Origin: Hydrolagus affinis
Lineage: Eukaryota
Assembly: GCA_012026655.1 (NCBI GenBank)
Contig: JAAILG010001405.1
Location: forward strand, 1-64,000
Length of the DNA stretch: 64,000 nt
Direction of reading: 5' to 3'
The notes under the pieces: model-generated
Database searches by the model: none
What the model was told of the DNA's origin: nothing
The model's input: only the letters and a program-made list of their open reading frames with translations
In this document: piece after piece, positions 11,474 through 22,448 of the stretch
How the letters are laid out: the number at the start of each line of letters is the position of its first letter
Numbering within the stretch: position 1 is the stretch's first letter
Program-made: the position numbers and the translations under genes

Positions 11474-11641
11474 GACCGTCCAGCAATGCAGTTGTACCAA
11501 CCTGGAGCACGCTGTCGCACACGCCTAGGATCTGGTGGAAAGATGTATGACTGCTGTAGCAAATCTTCCGAAGACAGCACAGAAAAAAAATATGAAGATG
11601 ACAGTTCTGTTGGAGCAGGTTCTGAGAAGAGTGAAGAATGA
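11474..11641 (+). CDS. UPF3A: UPF3A terminal coding exon (DRPAMQLYQPGAR...GSEKSEE*)
   Basis: tgtgcag acceptor. Encodes the EJC-binding motif DRPAMQLYQPGAR. TGA at 11639-11641. Not in the ORF track because it has no start codon. Confidence 0.95.
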   Translation, partial: DRPAMQLYQPGARCRTRLGSGGKMYDCCSKSSEDSTEKKYEDDSSVGAGSEKSEE

Positions 11642-12935
11642 AAGTGCGATAAGTTGAATGAGCGTCTTAAGTTGAGCAGAACACTTTTGTTAACTATTCC
11701 AATTACAGATTTGAGAGCAAAACGTCGCAATGCACATGGTGTGACTCCAGACAGTGGTAATTTAAAAGGTTGTCCAGTATGTTAAAGTAGTATTACTTTG
11801 TGGTTGTCTTTTGTTAATAGCATTGCAAATTACATTCAAAATATGAAATAGTAAATTCACTATACAGTATCATTAATTTAACATTCTGAATTTGGTGGTG
11901 AAAATAATAAACTGAGCTGTTCATTATTGCTCAGGATAGTTAAAGTAACAGTTTTTGCATTTGATAGAGCATAGTAACCGTATTTTGTTACAATAGGAAA
12001 CTCCTGGAAAGGCAGTCATTTAAAGACTGTGCATTGGGGATATTTAGCATTCACTCATTGTGTAGTTGTACCTCATTTGGAATCCCCTTGTTGCTGCGTG
12101 AGTGATTCTTGAAGCAGATTCCTGACATCCAGCTTTAGCAAACCTGACATTTGGTTTTTCAATCCATGAAAACGCTAAGATTAGATTTGAGTCCATCAAA
12201 CATTTTGTGCAAAAGATTTTGTTAAGATTTGAGCAAGTTGATGAAGTCACTTTCTTGATCCTTTATTAGTGTAAACATGGTTTAAAAAAACACATAAAGA
12301 AATTAAAGCACAAGCTCTAACATTTGTATAGGTTATTTTACAGTACACTTTGTGGCGTAATTTTAATGCAATAGGTTGAAAGAAAAAAAGCAATATTGAT
12401 TTTTAAGCTGCAGTTAGATAATGTGCTACATAATTTTACAATTAACTTTAGGTCTACAGAAATGTTTGTCTTGATTGTATCTTGGTTGCTTCTTTGAACT
12501 TGAATCTACAATGCATTTAACCTCATTTGGCATGATAGTTCAAATTGTTGTAAAATCATAATTTGTGTTTCTGAATAGTATAATTTTGTTTTTACTATCA
12601 AGCCATCTTCTGCTCTAGTATTCTTCATTGTTTTTGTGATCAAAAATACATTAATAAAAGTGTACAAGTCTGCATTTAATTCAGATCCTAGATCACACTT
12701 TGCTTGTTGTTCGATATTTGTGATTGAACATCCATTTTGCATGAATGTTTTATGGTGTAAATATGTGATATGTAAATTTGATTTGTTAAAGACAGTTAAC
12801 TTATTAGAGATTAATCTTTAAGTATATTCAGTATAAATATGAAATATTTAAGTGATATTAGCAGATCTCTCATGAAATAATTTTATTGCTTAAATGTGAA
12901 TATATGTTAAATAAAACTGTTTGGGAGAGATTATC
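11642..12935 (+). terminator. UPF3A: UPF3A 3'UTR with candidate polyadenylation signals
   Basis: AT-rich, repeat-free stretch after the stop. AATAAA at 11905, 12653 and 12910. The site actually used is unknown. Confidence 0.55.
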
Positions 12936-13559
12936 AAATATTTATCATTGATTTCAGAAATTAACTTACTTGAATGGATGAATCAATAATGTGCTGATGG
13001 TTGGGAACACAAGGATTCTCTTTTACCTTCCCCGCCTCCAAACTACATCCATACAAAACTACGTAAGTTCTAGGAGAATCCATTTAAAGCTTGAGTCTTT
13101 CTTGATGAAATTGAGGTGAATGAAGCTTTCAATCTTGCATAGCAAACTATATAATTTAATTGTAATCAATTGCATAAACATTCCACAGATAACATTGTCA
13201 TGCCTACACGTTTAGCCACAATAATATAGATTGCGGTCCAATTATAATCTGGTGTGAAGTTTAATATCTCAATACTATGACACAAAAAACCTTTTTTTTC
13301 AAATTATAGTATCTTTTAAAAGAAAAGGTACCTGCAGTGAAATATATATGGCCTTCCACAGACATTACAATGCATGTGAGTAAGATGACAGTTTTGTCAT
13401 CTTGTCTTCTGATATTCGCAAACTGCAATCAATAAAGGCACCTGGTTTATGAATTTTGCATTTTAAACACCATTAATTAATTAATTAATTAATTACTTTA
13501 CTGCCACTCAAAAATGTTTGTGCTCAAACATGGTCAAGATTTCATGTTCCCCATGAATT

Positions 13560-13950
13560 TTGGGGGGTTAGCTGGATGTCTAACACAAGGCAGAAACCCA
13601 TCACCTTGTTTAATATCCAATCCAAACTGATTTCCATGCATCCCACCTGTACATGGAAAGACAGAAATATTTATTGGAATGGTATGTACACTCTCCACAG
13701 AGGGACACATCCTGCTTACCTAAATCCAGCAAGTATTAGGCACAGGTTGACCCAAGGTTTGGGGAACTCAATATGTGCATTGGGGTACTGCTAGTGTCTA
13801 ACAAGCTAAAACCAGTTTGCCATTGAGACACTGTCTGGCAACCTTTCTTGCTGCTTGTCCAGGTAAGACCACCCTACCCAATAGAGCTTTGGCTTGCAGA
13901 GCTATTGGGAGTTGAGTGGAAAGAGTTCCTACCTCCAGTGACTGGTCTAC
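13560..13950 (+). repeat. Unclassified old interspersed repeat, second copy at ~63070-63460
   Basis: Colinear shared blocks aatatccaa, gatttccatg.atccc, acatggaaa, acatcctgctta, gcacagg.tg, ggggtac, agctaaaacc, tgctgcttgtccag, gctttg.cttgcag, cctacc.ccagtgact. Confidence 0.8.
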
Positions 13951-15164
13951 CCTTCCAAGTCCTGCTGATGAGTCAGCCTGGCTGTGTTGTCAGGAGTACT
14001 ATAGACCCTCCTAGCTCCTGACCTGGAGTAACCGAGACGGCCATAAGGTTGTCTTGGTATTTGTGATAATGAAGAATATTATCCAGTTCTTGAATTAGGT
14101 ATAAACTCAACAATTATTGATAGGAATTTGTGTGAAGATTCTGGGTTAGATGATGCATAGGGTTCCTATTAAATTGAATTTGCAAAAATTCTGACGGCAA
14201 ATTAATCTATACAACATGTAACAGTATTAAGACATTGTCTTATGATCTCCATCTCTGACGAAGGTATCTCCAACCAATTTTTCATGTTTCATAACTCCTT
14301 GGGGGAAGATAAGCAAGGACTACTTGGACCTGAATTGGCTCCAAGATGACGTGATTGATAATGGAATATCAGAACCAAGTTAATCCTCTCGGTCATTCGG
14401 TTCATAAAACAGGCAGATTTGCAGTAATTCATTCAGAGCACTGCTGATGAGTTTGGCTCATCGGCAAGACATGTTTGCCATGACCTGCCTACAAAGTACG
14501 CATTCACTACACTTTGCAGTATATCTTGTGAAGCAAATTAACATGTTCTCCTGCTGTGAAAAGTGTTATTAAATGTAACAATTACTCTTATGAATTATCT
14601 GAGAAGACTTGATGGGCATGGTCTTTTTTTTAACTAGTTTTTGCTTTTACTTCACGTCCTCCCAACGTGAAAGGCACTCTATACTCTATAAATGTAATTT
14701 TGTTGTTTTGTTGTTGTTGTTACTATACAAACCCATGGTGCCCTTCATGATTCAATAACAGAAGTTTCTCTTGTTGGTGTCCCGACCAACAATTCCTTAG
14801 TTAAAATTGGTCATTTACTTCAGGGCTATTTGTGGGACATTGCAGGACCTGCAAATATAGTCTCTACACTTGAGAGTAAAATTCTGTGAAGAGCTTTGAG
14901 ATATGTCAACAACTTGATATTCTATCGGATACAAGAATTATTTATCTACCGTCCCCTTGTATCTCATATGTCAACCCCTGGTCCTGGGGAGAAATAAACT
15001 GTTTTCTTTCTCTCATACTCTCATTCCCTCTCTCTATTCTTCTGTTTCTTCTACCCTTCCAAGAAGGTGGAGACTTTTCCCTCTTCCTCACACGAGAACT
15101 TTTACCTCCCCCACCACATGCGTTAATGTAAACCATGGAACATTTTATACCTCATTACATTTAA

Positions 15165-15800
15165 CCCCCCGCCTCAGCGGCTCCTTGAGCCAATCATTCC
15201 GCAGGACCAGGGTATTTCATTGGCGGGTTTACATCGACATCTCCAATCAGACCGCTCCTGCCGCCCGCAGCTACCCGTTCTTTTCTATGTGGTTCAAGGT
15301 GTGGGGGGGGGGGGAGACCTTGCTAGGCTGTGTGGCCTTCACTTGTGTATGTGGTTTGTTTTACACTGGACCACCTCCCGGATGCGTGGCGGAGACTCGG
15401 CGACTCTTTCTTTCCCGAAACGCTGCTGGTTTAGTCTAACCTCGACCGACCCGGCCCATCAATTCCTAACTCTCGGCCTGTGCGGGTTCGCCTCGTCTTA
15501 ATTATGGGCGGCCGTTGATTCCGCTGGTGTGGCTTGGTGAGTGGAGGGAAGAGGGGGAGTGTGTGTGTGTGTGGTGGAGTGGGGGGTTAGAGAGAGAGTG
15601 TGTGTGTTGGGGTGGGAGGCAGGGGTTGGTGCCGCCGCGGGGTGTGGGTTGAAGCGCTCCCTGCGCTGGTGCCGCCTGAGCGGCGCGCGGCCTCCTCCGC
15701 TGCATCCGGGCCTCTGGCTCGCGCCGACCGTTAGTTTTGAATGTGGTGAAAGGTTAGTCAGCGCGAGGCGGTTAACGGCGGAGCGGGGAGACCTCTCCCC
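15165..15800 (+). promoter_or_regulatory. CHAMP1: CpG-island promoter and non-coding first exon of CHAMP1
   Basis: CpG-rich. CCAAT boxes at 15190, 15219 (reverse) and 15243, TTGGCGGG E2F-like site at 15220, strong donor ttg|gtgagt at 15537, acceptors at 16466 and 16774. Confidence 0.7.
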
Positions 15801-16080
15801 CCGGTGAGACCTCCCGACACCGGCCTGCCCACCCCGGGGAGACCTCTCGACACCGGCCTGCCCACCCCGGGGAGACCTGCCCACCCCGGGGAGACCTGCC
15901 CACCCCGGGGAGACCTACCCCCCCCGGGGAGACCTGCCCACCCCGGGGAGAACTACCCCTCCCACCGGAGAGACCTGCCCACCCTGGGGAGACCTCCCGA
16001 TACTGGCCTGCCCCCCCCGGAGAGACCTGCCCCCCCCCCCCCTCCCTGGGAGACCTCCCCACCTCGGGAGGACCTCTCCA
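15785..16080. repeat. GC-rich ~20-bp minisatellite (ggggagacctgcccaccccg)
   Basis: About a dozen gagacct-containing units, several with palindromic ccccgggg. Confidence 0.9.
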
Positions 16081-16780
16081 CACAGGAGACACGCACACTC
16101 ACACACCGGGGGGATGGACAATCCAACAAACGGACGGAACATGACAGAGTAAGAGACTCTTCCCCCACCTTAAAAAAAAGAAATCACCCCTCACCCTGGG
16201 GAGAAACTCCTCAATAACCCATCCCAGCCTACGATGAGCAACTTCTCACCAATAACTTCTGTTTGCAGCCTGAGGGTGACAAACTCCCCTGCACACCCCC
16301 CCCCCCCCCCACCATCACCGCCCCTCGGGGAGCAGGGGAGCAAAGGAGAAATCTGGGGGGAGGGAGAAGATGTTGGAAATATTCGTGGTCTAACAATTTG
16401 AATTTTTAAGAGCTTGTCAACAGCTGGCAAATATTGCTTACTATTCCCAATTTGCCTTCTCTATAGGTGAAGGCGGTGTGGGAATTGCAATCGACCTTTC
16501 TGTAAAATAGATACTGTGGACCTCACAGTCCTGTTTGTTAAATGGTAACATCTTTTAGCTTTTAACAATGGAAGATGCCACATTTGACTTTTCTGCATAG
16601 CTCCTGGTCTGAGATTTGAATACATTGCAGGCTCAAAACCATTCCAGAAAATAGTACCTTTAGAGGATCCTGTGCACCTGTGAATAGGGAAGGTTCGGGA
16701 GAACTGAAAGCCCACACACAGAAGACATTTATTGTAAAACATTTGACCATTGGAAAGTTATGAATTGACCTGTAGCAGAG

Positions 16781-18670
16781 ATGCAAGCAAAGGAATTTAC
16801 CAGTCAGCAAGAAAATTCTGCTCAGTTTCACACAGCAGAGAAATTGGAAAACAATCCCAAGATTTGTAATGCCTCTGAAGATTTAGTTTGTGTAAATTGT
16901 GATTTTAAGAGTCCTGATCATGAACTCTTTCAAAAGCACCTTGCTTCCAGTACCTCAGAACATGCTGATTTAAGAGATATCATGATTTACCAGAAAAGTG
17001 CAAAGTTGTTTCATTGTCAACAGTGTTTCTTCACAAGCAGATTGTACAGGAATGTTTATCATCATGTAGTAGAACAACATATAAAATTGATCAAGAAGGG
17101 AAATAAAGAGGCTTTTCAAACAACTGAATCCCATGCCAGAATAGCCCGTAGGAGAAAAAAAAGAACTTCAAAGAAAGATTTGAAAGAACCCAAAATGATT
17201 CAAGGGAAAAAATCCATTAAAGGTGGAAAAAGGAGTCTTAAACAATCAAAGGAAGCAAGCACAAGTGTCCTACAGCCCAGTAAGAAGAAACCTAGAAAAC
17301 AGAAGCATTTGATCACGAGAAATTACAGTTCAGAAGATGCCAGAAGCAGAGTTACTGATTTTATCTGTGAAACATGTGGTTTTCAATTCTCTACTCTTAT
17401 TGAACTAAATGGGCATTCCTGCAACAAGAAAATCAAGAAGAAAGCTGAGCATTTCGAGTTTGAGTATTGTGATTATAGTGGCCGATACCCAATTGAATCT
17501 GGATCGGGTGGTAAATCTACAGTTTCAGGTAAACCTGAGGAGCCTCCTGAAGAAAACAAAAAGGAAGACGAGCCTTCTGAAGAAAAGAAAAAAGAGAAAA
17601 GTTTAGCAGAAAATGTGAAGTATGTTCGAGGAACCTTTTTCTGTAATTCCTGCAATTTTCGCTGTAAAAGTAAAGGTAGTGCTCTGTATCACGTTGTTGT
17701 AAAACATAACAAACCTTATCCTTACCAGTGTAGTGTATGTGGGAAATATTTTGTTATTGACCAGGTACTTAAGAGACACATGTCTGTGCACACTGGAGAA
17801 CCGTATTACAAATGTTCCTATTGTGATTTTGAATCTGATTATGCAAGAGCTTATAAGAATCATGAGAAGCAGTGTAATCCACAGCTGAGAAAAAATGCTT
17901 TCTCTGAAAATACAGGTGCTAACAGGCAACAGAATGCAGAGGTAAAATTGACCAATTCAGTACCTTCCTTTGTGCCATCTCACAGTTCACATAAGCAAGT
18001 AGAACAAGTGGACGGAAATTCTGTTGCAAAAATTGAATCATCAGAAGCTATTATGTTGAGAGAATCATCAAAAAATGATTCAAAACTGAAAACTGGTAAG
18101 ATGGAGACGTCAAAGCTGCGACTTATGGTAACTGCAAAGTGTGGGTCAGGCCATCAAGAAGACTCTTCATCCTCAAAAGATAACATTTTAACTTGTGATA
18201 AAAGTGGAAAAAAGTTTGATCAGCAAGGAGCATACAATAAGCACAAACCCATTCTTGCCCGACAGAAACATCTGTCCTGTGGGTACTGTGAGCTGAGTTT
18301 TGGAGATGTAACTGCATTGAGTGATCATGTCAGTGATGCTCATGCAGAGAGGAAAACATTTGGCTGTGATCGCTGTAGTGCCAAGTTTGACAGACAAGGT
18401 GATCTGCAGCATCACATAAAAGTTCATAAACAAAATAATTCGAAGACTAACCAATCCGGTGAGATTGATGACCGAAAACTTTACAAATGCCAATACTGTC
18501 CTTACAGCTCCTACCTATTTGCAAACTACAAAAGACATGTCAGGACAATTCATACAGAAGATTTTCTCATCTTCTGCCCATATTGTAAGGGTGGATTTAA
18601 TCTTCCAAGTGAGTTGAAGAAACACAAATGTCAACAGATTCAGGATGCGAATATAAAATCAAATCAGTAA
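16781..18670 (+). CDS. CHAMP1: CHAMP1 (ZNF828)-like C2H2 zinc-finger protein, 629 aa, single coding exon
   Basis: YQKSAKLFHCQQCFFTSRLYRNVYHH matches the CHAMP1 N-terminal signature YQKSAKLFHCHKCFFTSKMYSNVYYH. KGSALYHVVVKHN..PYQCSVCGK...KCSYCDFES matches the CHAMP1 C-terminal finger triplet. Lies directly downstream of UPF3A, as in human. Confidence 0.88.
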   Translation: MQAKEFTSQQENSAQFHTAEKLENNPKICNASEDLVCVNCDFKSPDHELFQKHLASSTSEHADLRDIMIYQKSAKLFHCQQCFFTSRLYRNVYHHVVEQHIKLIKKGNKEAFQTTESHARIARRRKKRTSKKDLKEPKMIQGKKSIKGGKRSLKQSKEASTSVLQPSKKKPRKQKHLITRNYSSEDARSRVTDFICETCGFQFSTLIELNGHSCNKKIKKKAEHFEFEYCDYSGRYPIESGSGGKSTVSGKPEEPPEENKKEDEPSEEKKKEKSLAENVKYVRGTFFCNSCNFRCKSKGSALYHVVVKHNKPYPYQCSVCGKYFVIDQVLKRHMSVHTGEPYYKCSYCDFESDYARAYKNHEKQCNPQLRKNAFSENTGANRQQNAEVKLTNSVPSFVPSHSSHKQVEQVDGNSVAKIESSEAIMLRESSKNDSKLKTGKMETSKLRLMVTAKCGSGHQEDSSSSKDNILTCDKSGKKFDQQGAYNKHKPILARQKHLSCGYCELSFGDVTALSDHVSDAHAERKTFGCDRCSAKFDRQGDLQHHIKVHKQNNSKTNQSGEIDDRKLYKCQYCPYSSYLFANYKRHVRTIHTEDFLIFCPYCKGGFNLPSELKKHKCQQIQDANIKSNQ

Positions 18671-19589
18671 TGGATAGATATTTAAAGTGAAATGACATCA
18701 CAAATAAGATGGATCTTTCAATTTGGACTATCAGCTGTTAAGTTCTCTGAAGTTTTCACAAGGCTCTAAAATACACAAACATTGGATAGAGCTAATTCTG
18801 TGCTCTTACATTTTATTTACAAAATGTAATGTGTTCTGAAATATTAATTTTTAACTGCTTGAATTTCTGGATTCAAGGTTGCATTGTGTTTAATGATTGC
18901 ATTGGTTCATTTGTGCTAAATTGGTGCTGCTTTATTAATGAATGATGTGGTTGTTGGGCTTTTCTAACGGATATTAGCCAAATGTAATTGTACACTTAAG
19001 TTTTTCACTTTTCAAGCAAGTCTTGGGCATTTCATAGATTTTTCTCAATTCAAACGGACAATTTTCAGTCAAATAGTGGCTTGCCCAGATACTAAATGTC
19101 CATGTGAGTGTAATTAGCATAAAGTGCTTTGCTATGTAGTTTTAGTCAACCAAATGTGAAGTTTTAAAAAAAATCTAAATAGAAATTGTTAAAAAAAAAT
19201 CCTGTGTTTTCAACACATTTTGTTTATAGTTACTGAAATGTTACCTTCTGTTTGTGTGCGAATACAAAATTCCAGACACTACCACATACAGTAAATTGAA
19301 TACAATGAAGAAATAGTGTTTGGTGTTTTTGAGATTCTAACTTCAATGAAGAGTTGAAAAGAGCAAATACATCTTGACTTACATTTTTGTAGACTGTCTT
19401 TCATTTCAAAGAACATTTTGAAACACTGTTTACAATGGTGAATACTAGCCATGGGAAATGACGCATAAAGATTTTGATCAAAAGCGTTGCTGAAGAAAGG
19501 TTCCTTTTTGAAGATCTAGAGAGGAATAGGATTGTTTTGAAATAGTTCCATGATTACAGGTGACTCATTTACTAAAGATGGAGTGCAAT

Positions 19590-20185
19590 GCAAACAATAC
19601 AAAGTGACATTTTTATAGTGCCTTTCATGTCTGGAGGCACTGGACAGTTAGGGATTTGGATCCAAGCTGAGGGGAAGATGGAGGGCAGGGAAGGTGGATG
19701 AAGTCAGGGTCAAAGAAGAGGATTTGAGACACACCTTGAAAGAGGCAAGGGGTGGGAGCAGAAAGGCTGAAGGCCGATCCTACGATTGTGCGACAGGCCA
19801 AAGCCTCCTGAGCGGAGGGAGTGGACAGGTTGATGTGGGGACAGTAGATCGCAGAATTAGGAAGCAACAAGTCTGTGGAGTGCCTTGAAGGTGAAGATTT
19901 TAACCTGTATCCTCTGGGGGATGGGGACCCAGTGGAGCCGGGTAAGGGGATCATGGAGCCTAGGTTGGGAGAGGACACGAACTGCAGAATTCCGGATGAT
20001 CTGCAGCTTTTGGAGGGAAGAGTTGAAAAGGCCGAAAAGCAGGGCATTGGCGTAGTCGAGCCGAGATATGATGAACGCATGGGTGAGGGTTTTGGTAGCC
20101 TGATGGGCGATACAGTGGCAAAGTTGGGCGATGTTGAGGTGGGGAAAGGCAGAGCAGGTCGTGGCGAGTTTCCTAGGTACTGGTG
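19590..20185 (-). mobile_element. L2 LINE 3' fragment
   Basis: HAFIISRLDYANALL...LHWVPIPQRIQVKI. Confidence 0.85.
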
Positions 20186-21478
20186 GAAAAACACAAAATG
20201 GGTTCACTAAAGAAGAAAAATTATCCTTTTTGAAGTTTTTAAATAGGAATTGTTACTTTTAGAAAAAAAATTGGGAATTGGATATGATCCAAATTTGATC
20301 ATTTGAATGAAAGAATATGTGTGTGTATTTATACATATACAATATTGAAGAATCATAAATGTCAGAAGATTCTGTATGCTACTTTATTTGACTGAGATGA
20401 AGAAAACCTAATCAAACAAATTGATAACTACCTAGACCAGGGAATAAAAATTACCAGAATGGTGATGTTGTGGAACCAATAACTGAACAAGTAAAATCCC
20501 TTATATTTGATTATAGTAACCTGTGTTTTACAATGTCATGGTATTCATCGCTTTTTTTTATTGTGTGACTTACATGTACGTTCCTTTCAAGTACACCCTG
20601 AAAGTCAAGATCCTTCACTTCTCTTTGTATCTTAAGATTTGAGCCAAATCAAAGCAATCTTAAGATCTACGCACAACACTTTATTTCTCTTAAACTATTT
20701 TCGTTTATTCAAACAAGAAATAATAAACAATTTTCCCAAATGCGGCAAAGTGACACACAAACAAAAAACTCTTAGGCAATATCTTAACAATACTGAGTTT
20801 AAACAGACCCAAGTACGACATGCGATCTTATATTTTTAAGAACCTACTGTGCCTCAATAAACAAAGACCTCTTGGGAAATACAGCGGAGATAATTTAACC
20901 AATTTCCTGTGGTTAAACTTTCTGGGAAGGTTTCTGCATCTGAGTGGCGATAGGTCCATCTCTGACCCTTGCTCACTTCCTCCAATTTAGCTTAATTTCC
21001 ATCTTTTCTACCCAATTTAGTCCATGTGACACATGCAACCAAAAATTGAATTCAAAGATTATTTTGTCCAATTATATTAAGTTTGATTAGCAAGTCATAT
21101 TCCTAATTTGGCTCATCAATTATCTTCTCACACCCTAGGTCCAAGTGTCAAGAAAAGTTCATCCTGACACTTCATTTTCCCTTCTTTGACATCTTGAAGA
21201 TGTAAAATCTTCTTGTGGTATCCCAGCAATTGAGACACCAACCTGGTGTATCCATTAAGACTCTGATGGATCCATCAACCCACACTAGACTCCATGATCC
21301 TATCACCCCCACCCCCATGAATTGCTGACCCCCTATCAACCTCGTGCCCTCCATTCAGCAGGCTCCAGCCTGCTCCATGTCTCCCGCCTGACTTACCTTA
21401 CCATCGGTGGACGGGCTTTCAGCCTCTCTGCCCCTACACTTTGGAACGAACTTCATCCTTCAATCCCTTTGCTTTGCT

Positions 21479-21578
21479 NNNNNNNNNNNNNNNNNNNNNN
21501 NNNNNNNNNNNNNNNNNNNNNNNNNNNNNNNNNNNNNNNNNNNNNNNNNNNNNNNNNNNNNNNNNNNNNNNNNNNNNN
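21479..21578. other. Scaffold gap (100 N) inside an L2 fragment
   Basis: Run of exactly 100 N. Confidence 1.
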
Positions 21579-21859
21579 GGTGCTCGACAAATGTAATTTT
21601 GTTGTTGTTTATTCTTGTTGAGTGCACTACCCATTTGCACAATACTGGTGTGATGAATAGGCCCAATAATTCCCCCAAATAACAAGCTCTGAGAAGAGTA
21701 TCTATCCCTTAATTGACAGCATCTGAAACCCATCATTGTGAACTCTTGATTCACTCATGATCATTAGTATTTCTTAATTTAAATTTTTTTACAACTGCCT
21801 GTATAAGTCAGTAGTTCCCAACACATGCTTTTACCCAAAATTTCCTAAGTACCCCAAAC

Positions 21860-22448
21860 CAGAGCTGCCAACCCTCCCGATTTTTGCAGAAGCTTTCTGT
21901 TTTTACATGCTCCGCCCTCCCGATCCCAGATAAATAACTTCCAATTTTTTGCCATTTCATAATTTAAGCTAAATCCCCCTTGCACCACTTATGTTCAGAA
22001 GGGGAAGGATGAAAGAAATCAGGTTAATGGAGGAGAAAGTGAAATACTATGAGAGAAGCGTTGTATTTACCTTAATCCTAAGAGAGAAGCGTTGTCGCTG
22101 GTTGATTGCAACATAGCAACTGGGTCCTATTGCTATTCACTAGCTGTTCGCACACATACAATACCTGTAGATCCACGAGTGCAGCTAGACCACGTGGGGT
22201 AGTAAAGATGCTGATAGGCGGGAACCGCAGAAAGGATGAATACACACCAATATGCAGATAAATGCGGTCCCTTGTTTGGAGGAGTGAAACCTGAAAATCT
22301 AAAACACGGATGTAAATCGCGGACGCGCAAAATTAAGGTGTCCAGAATGCCTGGATGCCTGTTAATGTTGATCCCTGGCTTAATTATTGGCTGATACTGA
22401 AGTGATAGAGGCAATAACAAAATCCTTCCTTGAAGGTTGGCAGCTCTG
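21860..22448. mobile_element. Non-autonomous DNA transposon (hAT-like termini)
   Basis: Perfect 14-bp TIR cagagctgccaacc / ggttggcagctctg. No clear TSD. Confidence 0.7.

Noticed and set aside
1327-11641. Calling the gene UPF3B (and hence SOWAHD and SEPTIN6)
   Set aside because: ARRTTPLLEYIKN..LEKQ, the adjacent CHAMP1 and the SOWAHC-type C-terminus all indicate the UPF3A/SOWAHC/SEPTIN10 paralogon.
14443-14466. gctgatgag-tttgg-ctcatcggc hairpin containing CTGATGA
   Set aside because: No GAAA or stem III, and the core is sequestered in its own stem, so it is not a hammerhead ribozyme.
15785-16080. CRISPR-like repeat array and Pro/Gly-rich ORFs
   Set aside because: Eukaryotic minisatellite without unique spacers or cas genes. 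The ORFs are GC/repeat artefacts.
22165-22290. 126-nt minus-strand exon-like segment (VSLLQTRDRIYLHIG...)
   Set aside because: Internal to a TIR-bounded DNA element, with no recognisable homology or partner exons.
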